DNA of 64,000 bases, taken from positions 434,001 through 498,000 of the forward strand of contig CBFFRP010000150.1 in assembly GCA_965644295.1 (NCBI GenBank), written 5' to 3'. This DNA comes from Paraphysomonas bandaiensis. Taxonomy: Eukaryota > Protista > Chrysophyceae. The notes beneath the pieces were generated by a model. It was given only the letters and a program-made list of their open reading frames with translations, was not told where the DNA came from and did not search any database. Both the position numbers and the translations under genes were made by a program. Shown here piece after piece: positions 50,034 through 63,226 of the stretch; the first letter of the stretch is position 1; the number at the start of each line of letters is the position of its first letter.

Positions 50034-51210
50034 ATGTCGAACTCAGCTCCCCCCATCAATGTAGTTTGCAATGTGAAGAAGATAGTTGGTCCTAGTGGTT
50101 TAGTAAGAAGATCCGCTGACATTGACTTGTCTATGGTTGAGTCACTGACAAGGTGTGTAATATTGTTAATTTTTTTCCCCTCATTTTTCTTGCAGTTTTA
50201 AGTCCAAAATTGTCTCATTTCATGAAGATGAAAAGGCTGTCACATCTCTGAGGTGTGTTGAATTTGCAAATGCACCTCAGTGCCACGACACCCTGCGAGG
50301 AAAGTGCAAATTGTTTATTACCCGCAATGAAGGGATGGTTCAAGGTGACAGTGAATGTTACCGACTGCATTTCCACAGCTCTGAGGAGGTTCCCGAAAAT
50401 ATTTCGAAGCATACTTTCCGCAACAAATCGGGCTGGAAATACACCTGTTTCGCGTCGTCTTGCAAATGTGTGCGATGGGAGGGCCGCCTAGAGACTGTGG
50501 AGGTTGACGACGTGGTGCGCAGAGACTCGTCAGGTGCCTTTGTCAGCATTCGACTGACAGATGTGTGCGCTGTTCACTACGAAGAAAACGACTTCTCAGA
50601 GCTTCACAGCATGCTGTCGAATATGAAGGACCCTGTGAAAGAAGAGCATGAGATTGCTCTGTGTCCCTGTTCGTGCCCCTGTCCATGCTCTCTGTGGAGT
50701 TGCTTTTCGGCGTTATTGACCTGCTGTGGTTTGTGTTCCCTATGCAAGTGCGAGTGCAAACTCTCTGATATGAAAGACGTGATAATAGAGACGTGGGAAT
50801 TCTCGACCAAAAAACTAAAGAAGCTCCGAAATCTTTATGGCGGGGAGAAGTTCTCTAAAGAACGTGTGGAGTCAAAGTTGCATAATCCTATTCGCGCGGT
50901 GGAAGAGACTGTCCGTGTGACCGCCACTGAGACGGCTAAGTGGCAGCGCAAACACTGCATTCACATTACTTATTTGGACGCCCTAGTAGACACGAATAAG
51001 AAGCACCGAGGCATCATTGTGCTGGACCCGGAGGAAGACAGTCAGGCGTGTATCGACTTTGTGTGTGCGATGAACGACATTCTGGACCAGCAGTTGGCCG
51101 ACATGTCCACTGAGACGATGGCAATGATCCGCAACATGCCGCTGGAGCCCCCGCATAAACCTTCCATCATCTCTAACTTTACCTTTCACGGTCTTAGCAA
51201 CATCTTCTAA
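50034..51210 (+). CDS. Hypothetical protein with a cysteine string (2 exons; start uncertain)
   Basis: Intron ~50153-50195 joins ORF 49965 to ORF 50311 in frame; CPCSCPCPCSLWSCFSALLTCCGLCSLCKCEC. Confidence 0.7.
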
Positions 51211-51489
51211 TACCGCAACGCACTCATAGTACTGTGCTGAGCAAAATATATGTTAAAAGGGAGTCGTCGTTGATTGTGAATCTGGTTAGTCTCATGCTTA
51301 TAGTACTTATTTACACTAAACCATAGTCTGTAGCCATAGTCTCTATCCAATGATATAAAATTGAATTAATACAACACTGAGTAAAGCAATCACGGCACCC
51401 CTCTATTCTATAGTTTCCTTAGATAGAGTATCAGCATCTGTATAATTCGCTAGCTAACGTGTTACAGAAACTATAATAATGAATACTAT

Positions 51490-52190
51490 TTGTATCTATC
51501 GAACGGATATAACAATACGCATGGAATGTATTTTGCAAAACACAGCCGCACGCAACCGAGCTAAACTTTCCTCTTTCACCTAGATGCCCACCACCATGCC
51601 GATGAGGCCATCATATCCATATACATAACATCTTACCATAGTCGGAGCACACAGGCACAGATTTGGTGGTTCACTTCGTAGGTGATCTATGATAAGCATT
51701 GGATTAGCCGGTATATTTCTTGCCATCCTTGGTATAACAAATAACAATGAACTATGAGTTCTTTACACTGTTGATTCCGCAGTCCATTCCACTGTCCTCG
51801 CATATTGACAACTTCACGAACTTCACGAGTGAGTGCTTGGAAGAGATGTGGATTAACAGCCCCGATATAATTTACTCTCTTCATTGCAAGCCCCTCTGTT
51901 GCAGCTTCATCAAGATAATACGAGTCGAAAAGAATAACACTGTTATTCATTCGTGTGGAATTAAAGGAGTGGATAATTTTGCTCCAGTGTTCCACAACAG
52001 CGCTGACAGGTATAGATTCCCCTAGATCAGCTATCGCATCATGCAACCACATGTCCAGCATGTATGAGTGTTTGTTGGACAGTTTTACACATAATTCATA
52101 CACCTGTAAGCACATTCGTATATATATATATATTTGGAGTGAGAACCCGGGCGGGGAAGCGCTGAACTAAGCGATGTGTACATAGGTAGA
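51490..52190 (-). pseudogene. Decayed piggyBac-like transposase fragment
   Basis: PARV...YELCVKL, ILFDSYY, NYIGAV and C-terminal CVLQNTFHAY pattern, with frameshifts and a (TA)n interruption. Confidence 0.6.
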
Positions 52191-52384
52191 GGTGCGCAGT
52201 TGCAGCACACACTAAATGGCTAAACGCGGTCAGTATGGGGCAGTAAATCATATGATATAGATAAAATGATGGCAGCTTTATGAACGATACAGTTTAAAGA
52301 GTACATCTTTGATGTACTCGCGCATAAGAAGACAACTGTTATTAAAATCTCAGTTGGAAACACAGAAAAACTAGTATAATATAG

Positions 52385-54322
52385 TCAACTATGGATTGCT
52401 AATAGCTTCAGATAGAATGACACTACTTCGTCATAATCAGCAATATATTCAAGTTTTTTTTGCAGCATTGTATCAGAAAACACCTCCCGGATCTTTCTAG
52501 TAACACTTTCAGGAGCAAACCCCAACAAGTTCGCCAATATTTTCAAAATGCACTGAACTGTGATAGTGCTAAAACCAAACTGACTTCTGTCAGCTGACGA
52601 ACTATCTCCAATATCTGACTCTCTATTTAACACATGAAGCAACTGCAAAAAAAAGTCACTCTACAAAATATAATAAATCGCGACACAGACCTTATCAATC
52701 GCATTAAACTTCACGAAAAATGACTTAACTTCACCAAATATTACAGCACCCGATAATACTTGTGTCGCCTTCACAGTAACAGCGGCCGTATAACTTCCTA
52801 CAGCCCACTTCCACACCGAGCGCAGTACACGGTAATCATTGGCGCACAGAGTATCTATCAATGCCGGACCGACCTCTCGTTCAGTAGACGGTAATCTCTT
52901 GCGGTCCGAACTCTCATGCACTTGAGCACAGTGCACAAGGAAGTCTAGAGCTAGTCTGGTGCGTGGGAGTGGCCACTCAGAAGTCAGAAAATAGTCTACA
53001 GATTCCTTCTCTAGCCATATACCGAACTTCTCCCACCCCCCAATTGCAACCATTACCAGTAATATTTCAGCAGCAGGGCCACATACATCTTCGTCACGTC
53101 TAGGGTGCGCATGAGACAGAGTCAGTAACAGTCTCCATCGCTCGCTCAAAATACTCTCTAGATCCGCCCCAATGTCGCTAACATCGCGCTGCACTGATTC
53201 CAACAGCTCAATCACCAGACGCTTCGCGCATTGTAGCGATAACTGCACTGTACGAAGGTGAGTATCTGAGCTACGCAGTGATCCGTCCGCCACAAGATAG
53301 GGCATTGGTGCTTCAGCTGTCACGTCTCGTCTAGATGGCTGATGCCGTGGAGGGCGCAATGAGGCCTTCAGGGATTGAAATACAGCACGCAAAAGAGTCA
53401 GCCCATCGGAAGGGCCATCCCCGCGCACCCCTGCCACCACTTTCTCCAGAGCGAACTCTCTGCAACCTGGGTCAGAAGAATGAAGCAACTCCAGTACTCG
53501 CTCAAGAGACATGCCCCCACCTTCTCCTGAGAGAGGAGAAACAGGCTTTTCTTGCACAGGAGCATTTTCTTCTTTACGGGGAGAAGAGTCCCTTATTTCT
53601 CGACGTCGCTCATGGGCTAAACGTCCGGAAGTTCCTAGTGTCTCGCACAGTGCAGTGAGTTCAGCCTCCACCTCCGCGAAACGTTTCACAGCACTTGTAG
53701 CGTCAGAAACCAGACTGACTGTATCAATAGTGCAATCAGGCTGACTGCGTGCCTCCACAAGCTGTTTTAGAGCTGACACCGCGACTGATCCGCTTCCAGT
53801 TGTACGGAGAATACGAAGAATTCCATCAGTCGCTATCTTCAGTAAAAATGCATTCTCACACTTCTCAAGTATTAACCCAAAACACGTTAGTGCCAGTGAC
53901 TGTACTTCAGTCGATGTGGATCCACTCATATTCTCAAGTAACACTAATGCCTCTTTACAGGGAGGGCATTTCGCTCTCATACTCCTCATATAAGACAACA
54001 CCTGACGAGCAGAGGACTCCTGCCACTTAAAGTATCTAGTGATGACTATCTGTAAGTCTACTGGAGCCTCTCGACCATTATCATCATCACATACAACCAC
54101 TTCAACGAAATCAATCATATCAATATCTTTTAATTGAATGGATCCACTTAAAATACGCCCTTGACTGTCTCGTACCAACTGAATGAACCTGTTTGTCAAA
54201 GAGAAATAGGCTTGTTCATACTCTACTAATGCTCTTTCACCTAGCTCTGATATAGTTGTTTCAATAGGGCATGATATTAATAATGTCTCTGAGCATACTT
54301 TGACCTCCACTATACGAGACAT
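52385..54322 (-). CDS. Hypothetical ARM/HEAT-like helical protein with possible N-terminal ubiquitin-like domain (2 exons)
   Basis: 562-aa ORF plus downstream exon 52385-52648; Leu-rich helical pattern. Confidence 0.65.
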
Positions 54323-55159
54323 GAGATCCACGGGTTGACTATACCACACTATACGATACTCCCTTCATAGTTATGGTATACAGTGACGGTAGGGATAGTA
54401 CCACTCTCCTATAGGCTGTATGAGGTGATAGATGCTGTGGAGGGGTCTACTTCACACACAGATGAAGTTAAAGTCTTCATACAATTGCATGAAGTCATGC
54501 CGAGAGGCAGGTATACAATACAATGTATATATAGGGCAAGTAGTATACACTCTTGTACGTAGTACTGTACGTTGCATATACATAACTGTTGTTTGAGAAC
54601 CGCTGTATTCAAGGGAATACAGTGTAGTATGTGTCCAGGTTGAGATATATACACACACCATCTGGCCATGGTTGGGTCAAAGTTTGACACCCCCATTTGG
54701 ATATCAGTGTACACTCTGACTCACACACAGCATTGATCCAACTGTCATTTATATTTCAAAGCTGTACTACATCAGGGAACATAGACATGCCTCAATAGAA
54801 CTTCGTCCACAGGTCAACCCAAGCAAAGCATTACCTACAAATTAATAATAGAACAGTAACAGGCTATTGTTAAACTAAATCACATGGAACTTAATGCATA
54901 GCAAAAAGTAGATGATAGCTTGCCATGTCCCCAATCATCCTACATATGGTGCCTACGAAGCATGAAATACGTTCGGAAATTGAGACCTACATTTCTTTCT
55001 GTGTTAGAGTTAGGACACATTCTGTATGATTGCATTACACTATAGTATCATCTATCTACAGTTTAAATAGTTTATTCAGTATCTAGTATATTACACTACA
55101 TTGAGGTTAATTCTTTCTTGAATATTTATATTTTGTATATATTAACATCATATAGTTAT

Positions 55160-55279
55160 ATTTAACCACGGGCAATAAGGAGGCTATATCGTCCCGCGCT
55201 CAAAATTTTGAAACGAGGGCGAAAAGCCCGAGTTTTAAAATTTTGACAAGGGACGATACTCCTTATCCCTAGGTTAAAT
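55160..55279. repeat. 120-bp foldback hairpin element (MITE-like)
   Basis: Arms atttaacc/ggttaaat, ataaggag/ctccttat, tatcgtccc/gggacgata, tcaaaattttgaaac/gttttaaaattttga; apex gggc-gaaaa-gccc. Confidence 0.8.
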
Positions 55280-56282
55280 TGTAGCTTATCCTCATGACGT
55301 TGAAAAGTTAATATTACATTGTATAGCTATTTGTAGCATGCTTGCTGTATAAAGAAATAGATGTTCCCTGATTAACATTAAGAACACAAATGAGAACTCA
55401 TATAGTTTCAAATCAATGATATGTATACTGTAAGTGTGGTGATGAGTGTGAACAGTTGAAGGTGAAAGAGAGGCTTCTTATTGCCTTAATTAGCATCATC
55501 ATCACATTTATATACAGCAGGCTTTACCTTTTCAAGTGCATCTGATCGAATGATGCGAGTATGATATGAGGCACACAATATCATGAGAAGCACGATATGG
55601 CTCAAACCCTGAAAGAACTGGGTGCCACTGCTCCTAACCACCTATATAGCATCAGATATGGTCTCCTGTAATGTTCTTGAAGTTGTTTCGAAGTCCTGGA
55701 TATGAAGACAGATCACTTGCACTGACAGCAGTCGAAGGATGGAATATAACTTGAAGTGTCTAATCGTTTAACTCATGATTGTGGTTTCTCTATAATTGTG
55801 TGTACTATAATGAAATCACATATATACGACTGTCATTATCATACTTAGGATAGAAGTGAGCTTCTGTTGAACCCAATATTGAAGTTGAATGTCTATATTT
55901 GCCCGGTGCTGATATGAGCGCCCTGTTGAGACAAAATCAGGTCAAAAAAAAGCTTTTTTTGAGACAAAATGGGGATAAAACTATAACTATAGATAGCGAC
56001 ATATTACGTCTATTCAACTGTTCTTTACAGCGGAAAGTATTAACGAAAAGGAACCATATGTGTCTTTGAAACTAAGAAATCGTTTGGAATTAAGAAAGAA
56101 ATTTCAGCTTTGTTGCGTACAAATGACAGTAAGATAAAATTGTTTCGCATGGCTAGAGGATTGGCGTAGGAAATATTTTCTCGATTATTCAATAACTGAC
56201 AGGCTGATATTAAACCAATATTTAACATCATAGCAGCAGCGAAACATGAACATAGACTAAACATTAGCTTTTCTATAAAGTA

Positions 56283-59131
56283 CTACTTATTATAGACCCG
56301 TTGTGAAACATCCGATGGAGTCCCATTACCACTGAGAGGTGTCGCTGATGAAGGTGGAGGAGAAGTTGCCGAGGAAGTAGATGATAAGGATGATAAAATT
56401 TCCTCAGGCGGAGTGGAGAATCGACTCAGGCTGTCATCGGTCTCTACTATTCCCATTAGGTAGGTGTGGCACATTGAAGTCACACCTTCCCAAAACCTCC
56501 TACACGATAAACCGTTAAACTTAACAGTTGTAGCACGATTTTACTGTAACTGGACTTGCCTGTACTCCATCATCCTGTCTCGAAATCGAGCCATCAGATT
56601 AGGGTTCCGAGCAAATGTAACGAAATGTTCGGCGTGTTGACCCTTTTTCGTAAGTGCATCCAGTACAACCTCAGTGTTCGCCCAAAATACCCCTAATTGT
56701 TCGAGAATCAAGTCAACCTATCAACAAAAGGATTAACCACATTACAGTTTAAGCATATAGTGCAGTACCTTTCTTAGCATTTCTAGTGCATTGTCCATCT
56801 GTGTCTGATCTTTTTTGTCCGACGACTGTTGACTCTGACCATAGCGTGTTACCCTACCATCGCCCCTGTCATTGTTGTCGGGATCAAGGTCCATGGCGCC
56901 ATCATCATTATCAGCAGAAGTGATGGCGGGATGCTTGGGTGGAACTTTGTGTGCACCCTCCGCACCAATGACCATTTCATCCACGTCCGAACTATGCCCG
57001 CTTGATTCACTTCTGCCGCCTTCACTACGTGATTGAGCAGTCCCACGTCCGTGGGGAGAAGAGTGCGGAGAATTGGGATAACTTTTGAGCAGCCCACGCT
57101 CTCGCCAAGAGTCCTGACCAAACAGGTTCAGAAATAGTTCTAAAATGGCATTTCCAGATATGGCATCATCGCCTGCCTGTTCCTGCAAGTTGTAGATTGC
57201 GTCTCGGAGGGCCTGTACGTCAATTGTCGTCGGTCCAGAAGACCCACCACTACCAAGAGTTGAAAGCGAAAGAGAGTTAAGTTTCTGTCGGTTTTGATGA
57301 TCACGGTTTGACATGTCCAGTATGTGCTGTAACTGAGAAATGGAACTCTGATTGGCGGATTGGGTTTTACTTACGAGGACCAATAACTCACTCACCCATT
57401 CCCGTACCATATCAAAAAACACCACTGCCAACTGTGGTTCGCCTTCTTCTACAGCAAGCTCAAGGTCTGGGAACATGTTGAGAACAGCAAAGGCTGTTTG
57501 TTCTATCTTGCGCAACATTTTCGTACTGTCAGATATTTGTTGGCGACACATAACAGCAGCTGCGCGGACATGAGATGACAACTCCTGGTTATGCGCATAA
57601 TGTTTTGAGGCATTTTCAAAGCAACCGGCAATATTCTTCTGTAGATGCAATAGGGGTGCCAAGGGGAGGTGACCTTCCGCCCCGCTATACTGCCCAGGGT
57701 GGACCGTACCAAGACCATTACCAGGTCCTACTGTAAGTCCCATATCCCTACCGGCATCCCAGAGTGGTAGAGGGGGGGCGGCAGAGTCGTGGCCAGACGG
57801 ATTGAGAGGATGCTTGGGCAGAGAAACACCGGATGGGAGACGATAGTTGGACTTGTCTTGTGGGGTAGGCATACGCCCATCTTGAGTATACCTATCGCAC
57901 AGAATCATGTCCATCACATTACCACTAGGTGACCCATGAGGAGACACATGAGATGAATTCATGGTACGTTGAGATGCGTTTTGAACACGAAATGAATCAA
58001 GCCACTCATGTCGCAGGGCATCCGAGGCTCCCAGACGAACGTCCGTCTCGTAGCACATGAGTCCCTGTATCAGGCTCTTAGCTTCAGCGGATTTGTCGCT
58101 CCAAAGGGCAGGTGGTAACCGCAGTACCATTCGGCCTGGTCTTCCAACATTGTGGTCGAATTCAGGAAATCGCGCCACCAACATAACGTAGAGTACGGCA
58201 CCAAGACTCCAGCAGTCAGCTGGCGATCCATAAGTCCCACCTATGCCCTTTGCTGTGAACTCCACCTCCGGGGCAAGATAACACGGCGTGCCTACATGAC
58301 ATACATCAACACATAAATGCTATATACAGGAACACAAACCTACGAATGTCTTAGCCGCTGACCCGAGTCCTGCATGCTTCGAGAGACCGAAATCTAGCAG
58401 TTTGGCGATAGGAAGTCCAGTATGCGGGTCTGGCTGGTTGAGTATCAGAATGTTTTCCGGCTTGATATCCCTACTCACGTTCATTATCATGTATTATATC
58501 AAAGTAAATGCGTCACTAACCTGTGAATAATATCCATAGAATGCAGGTGCTGCAGTGCGCTTGCAATCTGGGCAAATATTGGCTTTGCATCATCTTCTGT
58601 GAAGAACTTCCTCTCCAGAATAACATCAAAAAGCTCCCTACCGGGCGCATACTCCATGACAACCATTAGCTGATCAGGAGTTTCGTAAACTTCAACAAAC
58701 TGTATGATATTAGGGTGGCGTAATCTTCTCATAATATCCACTTCTCGTCGCAATCGCATCGGATTGAATTTCTCACGCAGCCGCAGAGGTCGGAGATCAA
58801 TAACCTTGACGGCATAGACTTCACCAGATGTTCTATGTCTGCATTTGTATACAACAGAGAATCCACCTCGACCAATTTCACTTAATCGTTCATATGATGA
58901 ATCAAAATCGTCACGTGACGTTGATAAAACAGGCTCTAATCCAGGAGATGCCATGGGAGCTGCTTCACTAACAGGGACAGGAGATACGTTATACCCATCA
59001 AAATATGGAGGGGAATTTGTTGGTGATGATATCATTCCTTTATTAACGTCTTTATCTTCTGCTATCGCTAATCGTTTGACAGATCTCTGTAAGGTTGTTA
59101 CACTTTTGCTATTCTCTCTTTTGAGGGACAT
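56283..59131 (-). CDS. CaMK-group Ser/Thr kinase with C-terminal helical domain; multi-exon
   Basis: GRGGFSVV, YAVKVI, IIHRDIKPEN, DFGLSK, GTPCYLAPE, DCWSLG; helical C-terminus ..VDLILEQLGVFWANTE. Confidence 0.9.
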
Positions 59132-59739
59132 ACATGGGGTGCTAATGATAAGAATATGTATATAATCTAACAACTTGTTATGCTATCAAGTGTTTATTTT
59201 TAATTAGGTATAAATTAATGAGAGGTAGTGGTAGATAATACCCTCTTAAGTATACCCTCCTATGGACTATGGTATGGTAGTATAGAGCTCTCATAACCCA
59301 CTGCACAGAGATGATAGTTGAACACTTGGCATGATGCTATTTTATTATATGAAAAACACAGCAACTTTCATCTTCACCGCACTTCGTTTTTCAGCACCAC
59401 TACTGATGGAGGGTGTGTACGAGTGGTGTAGTGGGAGGGACAATTTCAACGTTCGTATCTATATTTGTACCACACATACTGCTGTATACCGGAAGAAATG
59501 CAGAAGAATACCGTGGAATACTGTACCAATAATACACAAAGTATCTTGTGTAGAAATACATCAGTATACTCTGTAGTTCCCTGTACTTTAACTGTGGCTT
59601 AGGTAGAGTATTGTTAAGGTTAGCCATCACATAACCATACCACAACAAGTCATATATTCTCTACGTGGCACTGTGCTATATCTGTGCCGTTAGACACCAC
59701 TAGTTGCATGGTGAATTAGATCTAAGGCTATATATATAT

Positions 59740-62700
59740 ATGATATTAGCTAAGCCACCCCCTCCGAAAGAATCATCCAAGGAGGAGTGGTGGGCTGGGA
59801 AGTTTCTTGGTCTACCAGAACCTGAACCTGGAGAATGGTATCTCACTGATATGAGGATCTGGTTATTGTTAACTATGATTGCAGGTACCCTGGTAAGCGA
59901 CTGGGCATTAAACGGAAGTCTGCTGCGTCGATAGAAGATAAGGCTCCAGTTGAGCCATTGGTTTGGAAGAATGTTTCTCAACTTACTGCTGATTTGTCTC
60001 ATACTCAACATATTGAGGGGGTAGTAGCTGTATTAGAGGTATCTTCCATCGTCTATTACTCATGATGTGTTCACACATTACATAGATTTGCTGTACCATA
60101 GTGGATGATGATATGACGCTCGCTGTTGCCACGCTTAATGCTGTAATTAGACTGGGGACAGGGAGACTAGATAGGTATGCATAATATTATCTTTTAGCTA
60201 CAGACTTAGTGAGTTGTATGTAGAGCTCTTAAGTTCGGAGATGGTGGATCTTGCGAGTATGTGGTTAAGCTCCTACATTGGTATATGTACTCCAGGATAG
60301 ACGTTTTGGCAGGGGAAATTTCCGAGCACGATCGCGCAAGTTGTAACGACTTAGTAGAAAGTTGTCTTGCGTCAGCTCTCGGAGCCGTGGAGGTACTCGC
60401 TGCGGGTTGCAAGGTGATCTGAGTAAATGTTATGCTCCATGGCACTTACGCTTCAGTACAGCCCAACAGAGAGCGGCTTGGCAAGGCGGGAGCTTGTTCA
60501 TATGTTGTGGAAGCGTTTCGAATGTACGATATATTGTTACTTTTAGGCATATGGTGTACCATTACTTATTGATGTCATCAGGTATGGTAGACCTGGGAAG
60601 AGCCCTTATCTAGCAGAACTCTGCTTCAACTGCATGTGGCAGCTCTCCTTTGGCAATTCCTTCAATCGGGCACGTCTGCGGGAAGCAGGGGCAGAAAATG
60701 AGTTGTGGGCTATGTCACGTAGTACCAGCGCTCTTCCGGCACAGAGGAACCGAGCACAGGCAGTTTTGGGGTGGCTGAAATCGCAGGTATGGTTTCCTGT
60801 AACTCGTTCTTATGCTCAACTCAGCACTCTTCATTATAGCTGGCAGACGATTTAACTTCGTCAAGAGAGGTGTGTATGAAGTTGTCTGCTATTTGAACTT
60901 AGTTTATTAATGGTTTTGTAGCCAAGAGAAGTCGCAGGAGGACTACTACTGTCGATATCTGAAATAACAAAGTGAGTATGGATTTGTGACAGTACTCTAA
61001 GCTAATATTCTCTTCAGTGCCAGTGCTAAGGGAAGTCCTACGGAAGCTGTTAAACTTGCCTCCGAAGGTAAAAATATATAATGGTGGTGATAGTTGTAGT
61101 TAATATTTCTTTAGGTTTCTTTGCTGTGGTTCGTCTTTGCTCTTGTAGCGATAGCCTGTCTGTCGTTGAGGAGTTTGTGGATGGTATTGGTGCTGCTGAG
61201 GTGCTAGTAAAGGTATATTTGAGTTGAAGATGTTGGCTATAGTACAATTCACGAAGTACTACAGGTGACGAGAAGAGTGCTACGACACCATAGAAAGATA
61301 TTTCGCGATGACATTGAGAAGCTCTGCCGATTTATCTCTAGCTCTTGTGAAGCAATGTGCTGCTTGTTAAGCGGTCCATACCGTCTATTAAAGAAAGGAG
61401 CGGATGGTGATGATGTTGAACAGATACCCAAGGGTGATGAAGCCAGTTTTGAAGGTTCAGAGTCGATATACTCTGGTGAAGCAGTGTCGAAAGCCGATAG
61501 TGATCGGGATGACGATGTGGAAAGTGACGGAGTTGATCCGGGGGGTCCTGCATTTCACCCTCACAAGGAACTGACACTCACGAAAAATGCAGCCCAACAA
61601 ATGATCTCTACAGGAGCATGTAGAATGCTTGTGAAAGTTCGTAGGGCATATACCACATCGATATATTGTAATATATTTTGCGTAGGAATTGGAGCTATAT
61701 GTAGACCCAGAATCTTCCCATTACGAGAAGCCGTCCAAACATACACATATAATGCTTCAGTCGTCTTGTAAGTGACGGCCGTTTGTATTTATGGTTACTA
61801 CCACTAATGTTTGTGTAGCCGTATTAGACTTGGATCCCATTTCGCTGCTGACTTCAGGCACAGGAGTTATCACCAAGTGTGTTCTTTTCACCAATCCAGT
61901 GCGTTTTTGATTATTTCGTAGGGGTATGATTGCGGGATTCCATGGAATGAAAAGTGGAATCAATAAAATTAACTCCTCAATTCAATCATCTGTGATGAAA
62001 GTGGCGATGTTTCCTGATACACCCGAAGGAAATTGCTTGAGTTCTATATGCCAAGCTATCAGGTAATTTTATGAGCTGTTTGTCATTCTTATATGACGCT
62101 GCCTACCTCAGGATATTGGCCGAAGTTTCTATAGAAGCTAGACTAAAGTTTGTGGAAGAAGAGTTGAATGATACTTGTCGTCTTTTGAGTCGTGGGGTAT
62201 ATGAGACTGGCGTAAAAGATTTGCAGATGTGGTTTCTGTAAGTATATTTGATGTAATAGCAATATTACTACTAAATCTTTGTTGCGCAGGGAATTCTTGA
62301 ACTATGATCTGTCCCAGGACTATGGAGATGGCGAAGATGGAATTGTGGCACTGAAGCTAGCATTAAGAGTAATATATAGCTTCGGCGGAAATCCTTCTAA
62401 ACCGTACAGCCCAATGGATGATAGAATGAAACTTGTATTCTCAGAGTCCCTAAATTGCATAGCCCGCTATGTATCAGAACAAGGGGCGGATGGAGAAAGC
62501 CTGTTTGCTGAAAGAAATGGATATCACACTATATTTCTGCCGATAAATAAAACTCTATTAGCGGATTACAAGATCGTAGATGCATGGGTTAATGCCGTTA
62601 CAAGTATTGCACTGGCAAGAGTGGAGGCCAAGAACGTGAGTGGTTGTGTCATCAATAAAACTTTGTTCTGACAGTGTGATACAGACACTCGGCAGATATG

Positions 62701-63226
62701 GGGCATGTGAGATCTGTTTAGACTCGTTGCGGTTACATGCATTGCGCCCACATGTTGTTCAGCGTTGTTTGTGGGCTATTTGTGTCCTAGCTGGTGAGTA
62801 TTTCTATGTTCTTTCATGTCACTCTAATTTATAATCTACTCGATAGCCAATCATGCAGAAAATATGGATCGTGTTCTAAAGTGGAGTTCGGACTCTTGGA
62901 ATGCTGATACTGCGAAATCACTATTATTAACAGTTCAGAAGAGTAAAGGGCAAACTAATGAAGCGAGGGATCATGCCAGTTTAATATTAAGTTGGATGGA
63001 ACTGCGGTCGATGATGCCTTCTAAGGCATCTCGAAAGCCTGACGAAAAATCGTCAGAATCTATCTTTTCTTTCGCTAGCCTCGACCGCATGATTTCTGGT
63101 TCCAGTACGGCTAGTGATAGAGGGCCTCTACATAGTGAATGCGAAGCATCAGTACAAAGTATTCCAGCATTTTCTACTCCACCTCCTCATAATTCTAATG
63201 ATGCATTAAGAACAGAAGGTGGGTAA
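59740..63226 (+). CDS. Armadillo-repeat-like protein (many short exons; may be one or two genes)
   Basis: ARM-like units NRERLGKAGACS, NRARLREAGAE, QQMISTGACR, TLGRYGACE separated by ~50-bp GT-AG introns. Confidence 0.65.
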
